From positions 143,436-207,435 of the forward strand of contig CAMBDS010000003.1 in NCBI GenBank assembly GCA_945865405.1: 64,000 bases of DNA. Direction: 5' to 3'. Under the pieces are notes generated by a model that was not told the origin of the DNA, did no database searches, and was given only the letters and a program-made list of their open reading frames with translations. This DNA is from Caldithrix abyssi DSM 13497. Its GTDB lineage: Bacteria; Electryoneota; AABM5-125-24; Hatepunaeales; Hatepunaeaceae. The translations under genes were made by a program, and so were the position numbers. Shown piece after piece: positions 51,501 to 62,235 of this stretch (position 1 is its first letter; every line of letters begins with the position of its first letter).

Positions 51501-53417
51501 TTAGTGCGCGAAGGGATAAAAGAACCAGTCGAGCATTCCGTTGAACATCTCAGTGACAGGACCTTCTGTATGTCCAACCTCACCGCTGTCGCTCAAGAAA
51601 TAGAGCGGGAAAGTGAATATCGCAACCCGATAGCGAACCTCGAATGCACCACCAGGTTTTTCAACCACCTTCTCGTAGCGGATAGCTACTGGCTTCCGGT
51701 GAAAATCTGAAGATGGTTGGAACTCGTAATCGACCTCAATCGAATCGTCCACACTCCAGGGTTCACCAAACTCATAGCTGATGCGAACAATCGTCTGGGT
51801 GCCACCAACGTTGTTGGTAAGTGATTGAACCTGTCCCAAGGCACCTCTGGTAACGTTCAGCACACGGTGAACGTGCAAGACTCGTCTGCGGTCTATTTCG
51901 ATCAGACAGTTGACCGAAGTGGGCGGGAAGTTGATCGTATCGACACTGACCTTTACAAATGCCTGCTCATTCCGAACGTCACCTGAGGCTGTATCGGTAT
52001 ATGATTCGAACGTATAGACAGTTTCTGCACCACTTCCGGCCGTCATAACATCGACAGACGGCAGACAGGGATAAAGATCGTAGCCACCACGCCAGAACGG
52101 ACGATAGGCTGTACCTGTTTTACTGGTATCAATAGATAGAGATGGCAAGTCCCGCACACTGGAGATAGCACCGGTAAACTCAGCAGAAATTGACGGTGCG
52201 GATACTGCTACCGGCTGGGCCGGGTAACTCGATTCAGCAAGCGCAATGGTCGTGTCGCTTGTCCACGACCGTACAAAGGCTCCCGCAACCCAAAGCCTTC
52301 CGCCAGCTCGAACATATTCACGCAGCCTCCCTTCAAATGGTGCGCTTACACGATCCCTGTTTTCAGAGAACCAGACTACCAGCTTGAATCTGCCGAGGAA
52401 CGCTTTGAAAGGCTGAATCGTGTCGGTAACTGCAGTATAATGGTGATAATGTGTATCAGGATATCGCGAGGCTAACTGGCGGTAAAACTCACCAATTTGA
52501 GTTCCGGGCTGGATATTACCTTGCGCTCCTCCGCCTTCACGCGTTGTATTGAGTAGCAGTATCGACTGCTCGAATGTCGGCTGATAGACATCGAAGCTTG
52601 CCGTCGCCGGTCGCTCGGAAATCTCATAGCCGTCATCGCGCGCCCAAACCGTTAATGTATAATGTCCCGATTCCAGCCCAGAAAGCACCAGATCCTGTCG
52701 CGTTGTCCAGCCCTGTGAGACCCATTGCCAGATTGTGTCGTGAGGAACTTTCTCAAGATAATACTTGAATTCCAGCGGAATTCGATAAAGCTCCTTATCG
52801 TCAGGGTCGGATGATCTCCAGTTGAAACCTATCCCGGGCCACGATTCGGTCACTGCACTGAGTGAATACGAGGTATCAATGATTGTAATTCGCTCGTCGA
52901 ATGAACCATCAGGAGCCGTGAACCACTTAATCTCAGGAACACGCGGCGGTCGGTTTGACCTAAAAAATGTCCTGTAAATTACGGCAGACTCAGTCTCGCG
53001 GTCATCGACGCACTTCAAGTAAAAAACGTGTTCGGTGACCTTACCGGAAGAAGTGAGCAAATAGACCGTGTCGGATGTCGCTTGTGTACGAATCCAGGCG
53101 TCTTCCGGGATAAACGGGATGTAATATGCTGGATCGAGCAACGCCGTGGAGTCGATCACGTCGGCATACATATATTCCTCGACAAACCCGTCGGGGTCGC
53201 GCCCTTTCCAGTGAATGACCGGTGCAAAGGAAAAGGTGTCGTTATTGGCAGGAATATTCGTGTATTCGACGATAGGCAATTGGTTCATTGTCACATCGCC
53301 GTCAAGTGACCCGCAACCGGTCATTATTCCAGCAGTCATTGCGAAAATGACCAGCAGGAGAGTCAGAATGAGGCGTTCGCCGGTTTTAGATACGATTCGA
53401 ATGTTTTTTTCAGCCAT
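51501..53417 (-). CDS. Lipoprotein of unknown function (Ig-like N-terminal part, alpha/beta C-terminal part)
   Basis: AGIMTGCGS lipobox. Contains a Y_Y_Y-like segment (GHYTLTVWARDDGYEISERPATASFDV) and a later segment KLVVWFSEN...LREYVRAGGRLWVAG. Overlaps the upstream gene by 8 nt. Confidence 0.55.
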   Translation of the reverse strand: MAEKNIRIVSKTGERLILTLLLVIFAMTAGIMTGCGSLDGDVTMNQLPIVEYTNIPANNDTFSFAPVIHWKGRDPDGFVEEYMYADVIDSTALLDPAYYIPFIPEDAWIRTQATSDTVYLLTSSGKVTEHVFYLKCVDDRETESAVIYRTFFRSNRPPRVPEIKWFTAPDGSFDERITIIDTSYSLSAVTESWPGIGFNWRSSDPDDKELYRIPLEFKYYLEKVPHDTIWQWVSQGWTTRQDLVLSGLESGHYTLTVWARDDGYEISERPATASFDVYQPTFEQSILLLNTTREGGGAQGNIQPGTQIGEFYRQLASRYPDTHYHHYTAVTDTIQPFKAFLGRFKLVVWFSENRDRVSAPFEGRLREYVRAGGRLWVAGAFVRSWTSDTTIALAESSYPAQPVAVSAPSISAEFTGAISSVRDLPSLSIDTSKTGTAYRPFWRGGYDLYPCLPSVDVMTAGSGAETVYTFESYTDTASGDVRNEQAFVKVSVDTINFPPTSVNCLIEIDRRRVLHVHRVLNVTRGALGQVQSLTNNVGGTQTIVRISYEFGEPWSVDDSIEVDYEFQPSSDFHRKPVAIRYEKVVEKPGGAFEVRYRVAIFTFPLYFLSDSGEVGHTEGPVTEMFNGMLDWFFYPFAH

Positions 53418-54054
53418 TGACTCGTCTCAGTCTCTCGATTTCGTCCAGCAGTTCGTGGCGACCTGCCGGTTTGGTAATATCTGCTTCGAACAAGGGATTC
53501 AAATAATTGACTACTGTAGAGTAACTCGATGCAAAGTCACCCAAATTGTAGTGCGCCGCCGCCTTCAACAACTGTACGTCGTCGTCGTTGAGAGTCGCCT
53601 CATGAAGAAACCGCCAGCCCGGACGACGATGCAGAAGCGAATCGCTCTTTTGGATGGCGCTCGACCAACTGCCAAGCTGATAGGCGGCAAACGCCCAACC
53701 GCCAATAGCATCGTAACGGGTTGTATCGATCTGAAGCGCACGCGCAAAGCACACCGGAGCGTCATCCAATCTGTCAGGCAGTTTTCCGAGAGTCCAGCCT
53801 TTACCGTTCCATGCGTCGGAAAGCGAAGCGTCCCGCCCGATTGCGCCTTCGAACTCTTGAAGTGCTTTGGTGTACTCACCTTCCTCATAGTATGTCCACC
53901 CTTGACCAACCTGTTGCGCCGGGCTGAGATTAGCGCCAGAAGTCGGTGAGTCGTCTTCTTTACTGCACCCTGCGCTGATAACGGTTACAAGCCCAATCAG
54001 CAGGAAGGTCTTTGGGTGCCAGTTGGTTCCGTTTTTTTTCGCGATTACGATCAT
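53410..54054 (-). CDS. TPR-repeat lipoprotein
   Basis: VISAGCSKEDD lipobox. TPR-like repeats (GWTYYEEGEYTKALQEFEGAIGRDASLSDAWNGKGW...). Confidence 0.7.
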   Translation of the reverse strand: MIVIAKKNGTNWHPKTFLLIGLVTVISAGCSKEDDSPTSGANLSPAQQVGQGWTYYEEGEYTKALQEFEGAIGRDASLSDAWNGKGWTLGKLPDRLDDAPVCFARALQIDTTRYDAIGGWAFAAYQLGSWSSAIQKSDSLLHRRPGWRFLHEATLNDDDVQLLKAAAHYNLGDFASSYSTVVNYLNPLFEADITKPAGRHELLDEIERLRRVNG

Positions 54055-54061
54055 CTGAAGG

Positions 54062-57000
54062 TTACCTCACCAATAGCAGTTTGATGGAACGGACGCCTTG
54101 TCCTGATGTCAATTTCGCCCAATAGATACCGCTCGGCAGCGGGCTTCCGCCACTAACACCAGCATCCCAATGCACTTCATGCCTGCCCGCCTTGAAGTTC
54201 CCGGCGGTTAGTGTTTCGATCTGACGGCCGGATAGGTCGTGAACTGTCAGAGTGACATTTCTTGTTTCAGAAAGGTCAAAGGCGATAGTAACTCCACCGT
54301 TGAACGGATTGGGAAAGGCTTCGATAAGTTCGGCTGACAGCGGCACAATCGGGCTGGAAGATCGTTCATCTCCGATTGCAAGTACATACTCGCCGTCACC
54401 TTCGATTTCGGCATTCAACCAGCCTTGTTCGTAGTGACCTGCAACAATTTGCCAACCGATACCGTTGCGTTGATAAAGACTCAAGCCTTTGACTTCGGCA
54501 AGTGCAGAAGCAAAGGTCGGGATCTTGATGAGAGCCTTTCCGGACAGTCCCGAAATCAAAGTCGAGCCGCTGGCGGGCAGGAAAGCTGGTTCAGGCTTGA
54601 TGGATGACTCGCCAACAGTTGCCATGACAAGGCGATTTTGCGAGTTTTGATGACCCGGTAAAATCAACTCGCCGCCCAGATCTGCCAGATATATTGTGCC
54701 GTCACTGGTATTGGCGAGCTTCACTTCGAATGTCCTGCCAACTTTCATCGACGAACCTGCTCCGACCTGACCGTTCGAGGTGAGAAAAATCGTCCCTTCT
54801 TCCGGCACTTCAATGCTACCGCGGTAGGCTGACCCATCGATCTGACCAAGTGTTACTGACCGCATCGGGCCAGACGAGAACTCAACAGAGCAGACAGGAG
54901 CTGACGTGAAGCCCTCTTCGCTCGAAACGATCACGTCACACCAGCGCGGGAAGGCGGGATTCTGGAATAGATTGATCGAAATGTCGGTCATCCCCCAGCC
55001 GCCACCGAGAGGGCCTCCATAAGCACCAATGTCGTTGCGGGAAGTCATTTGTGCTGGCGGGAAGAAAAAGTCGCGGTAAGCCGACTCAGGGTTGCCTTTA
55101 TCGAGCAAGGGCGAGTTACTGGCAAGTTGATATGGCATGGCCCCGGTGCCGACAAAACCTGGATTGACAGCGAGATTCTTATTCACGACCGCATCACCGG
55201 GGTAATCAGAGTAAGTGACGAGAGCGTTGCTTTGATCTTGTAAATCGAAGGGCTCTGTGTTACCCCAGATGATAGAGTTTATCACCGCCGGAAGGGAGCT
55301 GTCGGTAACCTTGATACCGATGCCACTGTTATCGGCGATTGTGCAGTTGACGATTCGAGGCGCGGATCGATCAGAAACGGTAATAGTCGAAAAGCCGTTT
55401 GGAGCGGTGTTGTGATCGATGATGAGACTCTGGTACAAACCACCGGTTAAAAACTTGACGTAAATTGCCGCACCGTCATTAGCGCTGTTGTTGCGGATAG
55501 TGCAGTTGGCAATGGTCGGCTTGGAGTTGACTATATAAGCTCCGCCGCCCAGTGCAGCTCGGTTGCCTTCGATCAGGCAGCTGATAATCTCGGCTCCGCT
55601 GTTCTCGATGCGAAGTGCACCGCCGCGACTGGTGCCACGAGCGGTGGTGGTCGAATCGCCGTTGTTGGTGATCGTTGAGAATTCAATTCTCGGTGAAGCC
55701 TCGCTAATAACAAGCCCCGTCCTACTTGATTTAATCGAACAGTAGGAGAGTCTGCTGGCGTCAACGACGGATAGTTCTATGCCTTTCCAGCGGGCAGCCT
55801 GAGAACCGGAATTGTCACGCGGGAGGAAGTAAATCGAGTCGGTCGGAGTACCCACTGCACGAACTTCGCCTTCAGCAATGAATGCAGCGCCTGGCTCGAA
55901 CAGAATGCGAGCACCAGCCTCGATCTTCAGTCGCTGATTAATCGGGACGTAAACCGAGTCGAGAACGATATAATCGTCATGTCCATCGAACCAGTCCCAG
56001 ACGCCACTCACATGCCCGAACACGTACCTTCCCGGCTCTGCCATACCTCTACCAGAAAGCCGGACAACTTGTGATTCGGGGTAATTAGAGCTTATCGTGA
56101 CCCGACTGTTGCGAACCTGATTGGCAATCGGTGGGTGGAACCTGATAACAAGCTCGCCGGTCGATCCGGGTGCGATAACCAAACCGCCGTTGGGAAGAAG
56201 GGTACTGAACGCGACCGTGTCGGCAACTTGCGCTGAGTTGATGACGAGATTTTCGTCGCCTTCGTTGCGGATTGCAATTGATGAAACTGCCGTGTCACCA
56301 TTGACATAGACGTAGCCGAGGAATCTCATCGAAGTATCGGGCAGAACCAGTTTGGGTCCGTATCCTCTACCGAGCAGATAGATGAAGAGGTCGCGGTCGT
56401 TGGTGTCAAATCCAGCGGAAACTGAATACGATTCGGGAAGTGATGGCGAAAATGTGAACTGCACCTCGCCAGAGTCACCACGTGCGATGTTAGCATCAAC
56501 GACGATGGCCGAGAATGCATCACCTTGAATAGGGTTTCGCTCGAGAGTCAGGTTGCTTCGTCCGGTATTCTTGACCCAGACTGACTTGGTTCTCTCGCTT
56601 CCAATAGCGGTACGTTCAAACGTCAATGAGTCTACCATTACCGCGACCGGATCGATACCGGTTCCGTTCAAGGTTAATACTGGAACCTGCGTGATTGAGT
56701 CGTTGGTGACAATCGTCAAGGTTTCCTGATAGGCGCGGATATCATTGGGACGGAAAAAGATCGTGTATTTTGCAGACTCACCAGGCTCAATTGGAGCGGC
56801 AAGGTAGGATGGGATCAAGCCGCTGTCGCCTTCGGTAGAGTCTGTATAAAAGGCTCGATTGGAGAATTGGAAGTCGCTGATAATCAGACGGTAATGACCG
56901 CGATTCTCTATCTTGATCTCTTTGGGTGTCGCAGCATTTAAGCGGAAGTTGCCAAAATTCAACGCATTAAAGTTGACCCTGACGACCGGCACGGAAAGCG

Positions 57001-58078
57001 TTGCCTCCTCCGTGCCGCCATAAGCCCCGACATCGATCCGGTTGACAAGCTGATCCGGCTCTGCAGTCGCGTTATATTTGGGGTCACCGCCATCGACATC
57101 AGGCGAGAAGGTGCTCAAGTGAAAATCAAGCGGCGGAACAAGACTCATGAACTCCGGGTCGAGATAAATGTTGCCAGACCCGGGAAATGGCGAAAGAGGT
57201 ACCATTCCAACGTTGCTGAAACTTACTGAGGCTCGCGCAGATTGCGCCCGCCCCAAATCACGGGTGTAGTTGTCTCCTGGCCCAAGATCTCCGCCCCAGA
57301 GTTGGTGTACGTTGTGTGTCACAATCGAGTTGACGATCGTCGGTCGTGACTCGGCCCCTGCAAAGATACCGCCACCCCAAGCACCAGCTGTATCGAGGGC
57401 TATGGTGCAGTTGATGATCTCTGGGCTGGAATAGGAAAAAAAGAGAGCGCCGCCAAAGTTCCTTGCGTAGTTGCTATGGAAGAGGACGTTGGTGATACTT
57501 GCATTGGCAAACCAACTAAAATAAGCGCCACCGTCTGCATCGGCACGATTACCAAAAATCTCACTTCTGGTGATGGTCGGATTGCAACTCTCTGCATAAA
57601 TTCCGCCGCCACAGTTTCTCGGCCATGCTCCACGAGCCCAGCCATTAGTGATGCGCACAAAACTTAATTTACAGCCGTTGCTCGCCTCAACGAATCGAAT
57701 CCCACCCCAGCGCATCGAATCAGGTGAACCAGCTACCGAAGTGAAGGTCACCATATCGTCTTTGGTGCCAATGGCGCTGAGCCAGCCGTGAACAACAAAG
57801 ACATAAGGGCCGGCAAATTCGACTCTGACGCCTGGTTCAATGCGTAAACTGTCGAGTGCCCCCAATTCGATGTCGCCAGTTACGATATACGGGCTGTCCC
57901 CTACCCGCCAGGTGCCGCCCGCAAGCATACCGTTGACATTCAATGCCGAAACAGGCGCTGCAAACATCCCCAGCACCAACAGTGCAACTATCAGGGGAAA
58001 AGTCATGGGAAGGCTCTTCACGCTTTGAACTCCAAATTGTACTCGACCATTCCGGTTCATCATATTTTGCCTCACCAT
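54062..58078 (-). CDS. Giant double parallel-beta-helix protein with Ig-like (choice-of-anchor-D-like) middle and T9SS sorting domain (1338 aa)
   Basis: Two beta-helix blocks (ITRSEIFGNRADADGGA, IINCTIALDTAGAWGGG; IISCLIEGNRAALGGGA, IANCTIRNNSANDGAA, IVNCTIADNSG). Between them are four Ig-like repeats (LNFGNFRLNAATPKEIKIENRG..., LTFERTAIGSERTKSVWVKNTG...). C-terminal domain FPNPFNGGVTIAFDL...HDLSGRQI...GIYWAKLTSGQGVRSIKLLLVR. Confidence 0.85.
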   Translation of the reverse strand: MVRQNMMNRNGRVQFGVQSVKSLPMTFPLIVALLVLGMFAAPVSALNVNGMLAGGTWRVGDSPYIVTGDIELGALDSLRIEPGVRVEFAGPYVFVVHGWLSAIGTKDDMVTFTSVAGSPDSMRWGGIRFVEASNGCKLSFVRITNGWARGAWPRNCGGGIYAESCNPTITRSEIFGNRADADGGAYFSWFANASITNVLFHSNYARNFGGALFFSYSSPEIINCTIALDTAGAWGGGIFAGAESRPTIVNSIVTHNVHQLWGGDLGPGDNYTRDLGRAQSARASVSFSNVGMVPLSPFPGSGNIYLDPEFMSLVPPLDFHLSTFSPDVDGGDPKYNATAEPDQLVNRIDVGAYGGTEEATLSVPVVRVNFNALNFGNFRLNAATPKEIKIENRGHYRLIISDFQFSNRAFYTDSTEGDSGLIPSYLAAPIEPGESAKYTIFFRPNDIRAYQETLTIVTNDSITQVPVLTLNGTGIDPVAVMVDSLTFERTAIGSERTKSVWVKNTGRSNLTLERNPIQGDAFSAIVVDANIARGDSGEVQFTFSPSLPESYSVSAGFDTNDRDLFIYLLGRGYGPKLVLPDTSMRFLGYVYVNGDTAVSSIAIRNEGDENLVINSAQVADTVAFSTLLPNGGLVIAPGSTGELVIRFHPPIANQVRNSRVTISSNYPESQVVRLSGRGMAEPGRYVFGHVSGVWDWFDGHDDYIVLDSVYVPINQRLKIEAGARILFEPGAAFIAEGEVRAVGTPTDSIYFLPRDNSGSQAARWKGIELSVVDASRLSYCSIKSSRTGLVISEASPRIEFSTITNNGDSTTTARGTSRGGALRIENSGAEIISCLIEGNRAALGGGAYIVNSKPTIANCTIRNNSANDGAAIYVKFLTGGLYQSLIIDHNTAPNGFSTITVSDRSAPRIVNCTIADNSGIGIKVTDSSLPAVINSIIWGNTEPFDLQDQSNALVTYSDYPGDAVVNKNLAVNPGFVGTGAMPYQLASNSPLLDKGNPESAYRDFFFPPAQMTSRNDIGAYGGPLGGGWGMTDISINLFQNPAFPRWCDVIVSSEEGFTSAPVCSVEFSSGPMRSVTLGQIDGSAYRGSIEVPEEGTIFLTSNGQVGAGSSMKVGRTFEVKLANTSDGTIYLADLGGELILPGHQNSQNRLVMATVGESSIKPEPAFLPASGSTLISGLSGKALIKIPTFASALAEVKGLSLYQRNGIGWQIVAGHYEQGWLNAEIEGDGEYVLAIGDERSSSPIVPLSAELIEAFPNPFNGGVTIAFDLSETRNVTLTVHDLSGRQIETLTAGNFKAGRHEVHWDAGVSGGSPLPSGIYWAKLTSGQGVRSIKLLLVR

Positions 58079-59178
58079 AACAGTGCGGCGAGTTTATAAC
58101 CGACCGTGAAGCGATGCGCTCCACCAAGCGTACCCATGCCAGCCCAAGCATAATCGACAGTGACGCCCGCTTCTGGAAGATTCAGCCCCAAACCTGCCGA
58201 GAAGCCGTCCAGCGACAAGCCGCCATCTTCGTTGATTAAAGGAAACTCAACGAACGGATCTTTCTGCTGGTCATTCTGGTAGTCTTCCCATGAATCGCGG
58301 GTGAAGGCGTTGATCCGTTTGCCAAGGCGGAAACTGACCATCTTCATTGCTGTAAATTCAGCACCGATGTGATAGAATTCGATGTTGTCGTTTGGGTGAA
58401 GGAACTCTCCAGCTAACAAAATCGAGTAGAGCGGAGTCTCCCAGGCATACATCGAAGCGCCAAATTTGAAGCTGATCGGCAACGGAAACGGAGTCGATTC
58501 AAACTTCATATCAGGGCCGAAATTCTGGATCACCATACCGATGCTGATGTTCTTCCAGCCTGTCGTGTAGAAAGTCCCGACATCAGCCGACCATCCGGAC
58601 GCATTCTTGTCGGCTAATCTTTCGTTCAACATCTTGAACGTTCCACCAACCGAAAATTTGTCTGTAAGTCGATGACAATACGTTACTCCAGCCGCGAAAT
58701 CACTGGCAGTGAACGTCCGACCGGTACCGTATGGGTTGCCGGGTGTCGTCTCTACCATATCGTCGGTGAAGAGGCTTGTCACTTGCAAGCCGATCACTCC
58801 GGGAGTCCCTTGAAGCGGTATTGCGCCACCGATATAGACAAACTTCACTCCCGCCACGTAATCGATCAGTGTGAAGAATGCTTCCGGCTTCGAAAGCTGG
58901 ATCAGTCCGCCCGGATTATAATAGAGGGCAGAAACGTCGTTGGCGACTGCGGTGAAGGCGTCACCCATTGAGGTGGCACGAGCACCCGGACCGACCTTCA
59001 GGAACTGAAGCCCGGCAGTGCCGACCTTCGCCTGTCCAAAAGCCATTGGACTCGTACAGGCAAGTAAAACGAACGCAAGGAGGACTCCAATCAGCCTCTG
59101 CATCGGTCGGGCTCCTATCTTTACGACTCCGAAAATCGAATCAGATTGATATGTCGGACGAATTGCGGACTTGCTCAT
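58072..59178 (-). CDS. porV: PorV/PorQ-family T9SS outer-membrane beta-barrel protein
   Basis: Signal peptide, then the family-typical N-terminus GTAGLQFLKVGPGARATSMGDAFTAVANDVSALYYNPGGL. Alternating beta-strand pattern, aromatic-rich C-terminal strand. Overlaps both neighbours (4 nt and 7 nt). Confidence 0.8.
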   Translation of the reverse strand: MSKSAIRPTYQSDSIFGVVKIGARPMQRLIGVLLAFVLLACTSPMAFGQAKVGTAGLQFLKVGPGARATSMGDAFTAVANDVSALYYNPGGLIQLSKPEAFFTLIDYVAGVKFVYIGGAIPLQGTPGVIGLQVTSLFTDDMVETTPGNPYGTGRTFTASDFAAGVTYCHRLTDKFSVGGTFKMLNERLADKNASGWSADVGTFYTTGWKNISIGMVIQNFGPDMKFESTPFPLPISFKFGASMYAWETPLYSILLAGEFLHPNDNIEFYHIGAEFTAMKMVSFRLGKRINAFTRDSWEDYQNDQQKDPFVEFPLINEDGGLSLDGFSAGLGLNLPEAGVTVDYAWAGMGTLGGAHRFTVGYKLAALLW

Positions 59179-62100
59179 CGGATCACCACAAATTTACCGG
59201 TTTCCATTTCGCTACTGCCACCCGCTGTAAGGTCTTCCACCGTATATAGGTACAATCCGGCGACTACTTGCTGGTGGTTGCGTGAATTCAGATCCCAGCT
59301 CTCCGCGTAGTCGGCACTCCAGCCCTGATTATCGTCGCCATCGACGTTGTGGGGAACGATATCGACCAGATCGCCGGAGACCGTATAAATTCTGACCAGG
59401 CACTCTTTCGGCAGGTTGTAGAAGTAAATTCGCCTGTCAGTCTGCGGGAAAAAGTCTGGCGTCCCGTCATCGCGGTTTTCCCATGAAACACCACCGTGCA
59501 GTTCGCGATAGTCGGCATTTGCCCGGTAGGGGTTCGGCACAACGCCAACCTTCTTATTGTCTGTTCCGGAAGGCGCGATATAGACAGCGTTGGCAATTTT
59601 GGCAGTCTCTAGCGGCTGTGTACCGGTCTTATAATCGCCATAATCATACGCTGTCACCGCATAGTAACGGGGGACCATCGGATGGGCGTTATTGATGACG
59701 TAATAATAGGTCCAATCGTCCTCGTTCGAGGTTGAATCGATCACCATTTGATCGAACCCAAGAACACCTGTATTTTTTCGCACAGGTTTGAGGTAAAATC
59801 GTTCGCCACTATACGAAATCTCGCGTGGCATTCCCGTCGTATCGGTTATAGGCTTGGTGGCAAGTGAGTCGGTGATGCTGAAGTAGGCGTAATCTTCTAT
59901 ATCAAATTCGTCAAGGAACGAAAAATCCTTTTCGGAATTGGAGTTTGAGACGTAGATGCGATAACCTTCGAAGTCACGTTCGCGAGAGAAAGGGTCTTTG
60001 TACCCCGCGTCTTCAGTCGGCGATTGTGTCCAACTCAAGACGACATTTTCGGTCAGGAACTCGTCAGAAAAAACCGTCTCGCCATCTGTACCACGGTTCA
60101 CCACAACAGGCTCGTCAACATGTGACAGGAAGGGAGCAGGTGGCGGCGGTGGACCTTGAAAGTCCGGGTGCCCATCACCAAAGTCAAGTTGCTGATTAAA
60201 ACGGGTATAATCAAGATATTCGGGACGTTCAAGGATATCCTCGGTCGCCAGATCGACGTGCCCATCGTTCTCTGTTCCGTCTGCGTCGGGCCCAGGATAG
60301 ATTCTCGTCTCTCGCTGGCCACCAATCCAAACATAGCAAACATCGCCGGGATATAACCCAAATAACCCATCGGTACCGACATCTTCCCCGAACCAACCAT
60401 CACCAGTGTCAAGAACCCCATCATTTTCAGAGTTGTCGCGGTCACCAGTTCCAGGCTGATGGTCGTTGCCCCAATCGTTGATAGGTGTGTCGATCATCGG
60501 GTTATCGTAAACGCGTGCTGCCCAGTCTGAGTTATATCGCAGGCTACCGAAATTGAACAGGTTTGGATCGATGATTTCGTTATCGATTTGCGCCCGATTT
60601 CGATCATGGAAATTGTCTCCGGCGACATAAGCAATCGTCATAGAAAACTTTTCGCCGGGATTGAGGCGATAGATTCGATTGCCTTCTATATCGACATGAT
60701 CGAAAATGCCCAGCGGCCCCCACGACAACAGGTATCGCGTGTCGAATCCGTTCGCAAGATCGTTCACGAGGTTTTGAGGTGTATCGTCCGGTTGAACGCC
60801 CGGAACTTTAAAGTTGTGGGCAGGCTCGGTGAATTGCCCCGGCTCAAGACGGTTGGGAAATTCTTGCGGATTGTTTCCAATGTAAATCGGATCGTTGACA
60901 TAAGTCTGGTCGTAGTCGAATTCACGATTTTTTAAGACGAAATACTTTCGAACGTCACCCATCGGAGTTCCATACGCGCCTGTCCAGCCACCCGGAGCGC
61001 CATCATCATCCCATGACGGCCCGAAGTCGAGATTGGCAGCTCCGTTCGAAACCCACCAGTTAAAGCTGGTTTTGAGGCTCGGATTGGGTGCTCTAACTAC
61101 CCTGACGCCCGTTACGCCGGGTGACGTGAAATCGTTACCCGCCGCAGTGTTCCTCGGACGTCCATCGTTATCAGCAATCCAGGCTGTATTGATTATGGAC
61201 GAGTCAGGCTCGCCGTCCTGCCGGGTGTAGTAGTACCATTGCTGGAAGCCGCAGATATCATCATCGTACCAATTTTGTTCGCCCTGCCAACCTACATCTG
61301 CGTCGATATAGAGCCCTACGTAGAGATTTTTCAGGTAGTTACCGGCTATGTTCTCGATTTCCCAGTCGATAATGATGAAGTTCTGCGCATAGTTGTAGGT
61401 CCAGGCGTAGGTCTTCTGCGTAATCTTAATTCCGAGTGGGATATGAGGGCCGTCGATCGGGTCATCCTTGACCCAAAAATCTTCGGTGAGGGTGTCGGCG
61501 TAACTGGTGACGAAATCTTGCTCGGATATAGCAGATTCCCGGAAGGAGCCGATGTAGTTGCCGAGGCAGTCGTAGTCGATAGGAAGTGTGGAACGTTCGA
61601 CGAAACCGTTGGTCTGGGAGTTCGTCGCGCCTTCACCGGGATTAAACTCATTGATGCCGGGGTTGCCGATCCAGCCATCGGTACCGACCGAGACGCGAGG
61701 ATACTCATAACCCTCAGCGCGGATCAGAGCTCCTAACCAAAGTGCGCCTTGAAAAAGATACTGAACCTGTGAGCCGCCGGGAAATTCACATTGCGGTGCC
61801 CATTCACCCGGTCGGCACGGATCGTCGATTGCGGCGGACGAGCCGGGACTGCTATTTCCGAAATAACCGTAGTTGGTGAAGTTCATCCAGATGTTTGACC
61901 GTCTTGAAACGCGGTTCATCTGGTTGAGCTGAGAAATGTCGATGCGCTCCGGGCCGACTCGCTTGCCACCCTCCACCGTTGACCCGTCAAATGCGGCGAA
62001 CGCGGGCTGTGATGTGAGCAACAACAGCCCTAATAACATTGCTACAAGAGAACAATAGAAATTGAGCGATGCCCGCAATGATGTTAGTCCGCCATGATCC

Positions 62101-62213
62101 GCTGAACTGTCGAATCTCCTGCGCAAAGCTGCCCCTGTATCTTGTGAAGTGCGCAAGCCTGCTTGCGCTTCCTGACCGTTAGCTGAAGAATGATTCAGCA
62201 CACCAAATTTCAT
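59175..62213 (-). CDS. Large secreted protein of unknown function with a sorting-domain-like C-terminus (~1012 aa)
   Basis: I prefer the start at MKFGV (62213), downstream of the upstream gene's stop, over the track start at 62309. Hydrophobic signal-like segment (LVAMLLGLLLLTSQPAFAAF). Asp-rich Ca-binding-like runs (DTGDGWFGEDVGTDGLFG; PDADGTENDGHVD). C-terminus ...IYFYNLPKECLVRIYTVSGDLV...AGLYLYTVEDL...GKFVVIR. No C25 motif seen. Confidence 0.7.
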   Translation of the reverse strand: MKFGVLNHSSANGQEAQAGLRTSQDTGAALRRRFDSSADHGGLTSLRASLNFYCSLVAMLLGLLLLTSQPAFAAFDGSTVEGGKRVGPERIDISQLNQMNRVSRRSNIWMNFTNYGYFGNSSPGSSAAIDDPCRPGEWAPQCEFPGGSQVQYLFQGALWLGALIRAEGYEYPRVSVGTDGWIGNPGINEFNPGEGATNSQTNGFVERSTLPIDYDCLGNYIGSFRESAISEQDFVTSYADTLTEDFWVKDDPIDGPHIPLGIKITQKTYAWTYNYAQNFIIIDWEIENIAGNYLKNLYVGLYIDADVGWQGEQNWYDDDICGFQQWYYYTRQDGEPDSSIINTAWIADNDGRPRNTAAGNDFTSPGVTGVRVVRAPNPSLKTSFNWWVSNGAANLDFGPSWDDDGAPGGWTGAYGTPMGDVRKYFVLKNREFDYDQTYVNDPIYIGNNPQEFPNRLEPGQFTEPAHNFKVPGVQPDDTPQNLVNDLANGFDTRYLLSWGPLGIFDHVDIEGNRIYRLNPGEKFSMTIAYVAGDNFHDRNRAQIDNEIIDPNLFNFGSLRYNSDWAARVYDNPMIDTPINDWGNDHQPGTGDRDNSENDGVLDTGDGWFGEDVGTDGLFGLYPGDVCYVWIGGQRETRIYPGPDADGTENDGHVDLATEDILERPEYLDYTRFNQQLDFGDGHPDFQGPPPPPAPFLSHVDEPVVVNRGTDGETVFSDEFLTENVVLSWTQSPTEDAGYKDPFSRERDFEGYRIYVSNSNSEKDFSFLDEFDIEDYAYFSITDSLATKPITDTTGMPREISYSGERFYLKPVRKNTGVLGFDQMVIDSTSNEDDWTYYYVINNAHPMVPRYYAVTAYDYGDYKTGTQPLETAKIANAVYIAPSGTDNKKVGVVPNPYRANADYRELHGGVSWENRDDGTPDFFPQTDRRIYFYNLPKECLVRIYTVSGDLVDIVPHNVDGDDNQGWSADYAESWDLNSRNHQQVVAGLYLYTVEDLTAGGSSEMETGKFVVIR

Positions 62214-62235
62214 CGTTTTGCCAGTTACAGTGCTG

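Noticed and set aside
59175-62213. Calling the protein upstream of porV 'PorU'
   Set aside because: The synteny is suggestive, but I could find no C25-type motifs of the kind seen in the three paralogs (no YxxIxxxxxxxxxxxLxxWxxxxGxxV, no VGD block, no ...SC..G.F strand). It is left as unknown.
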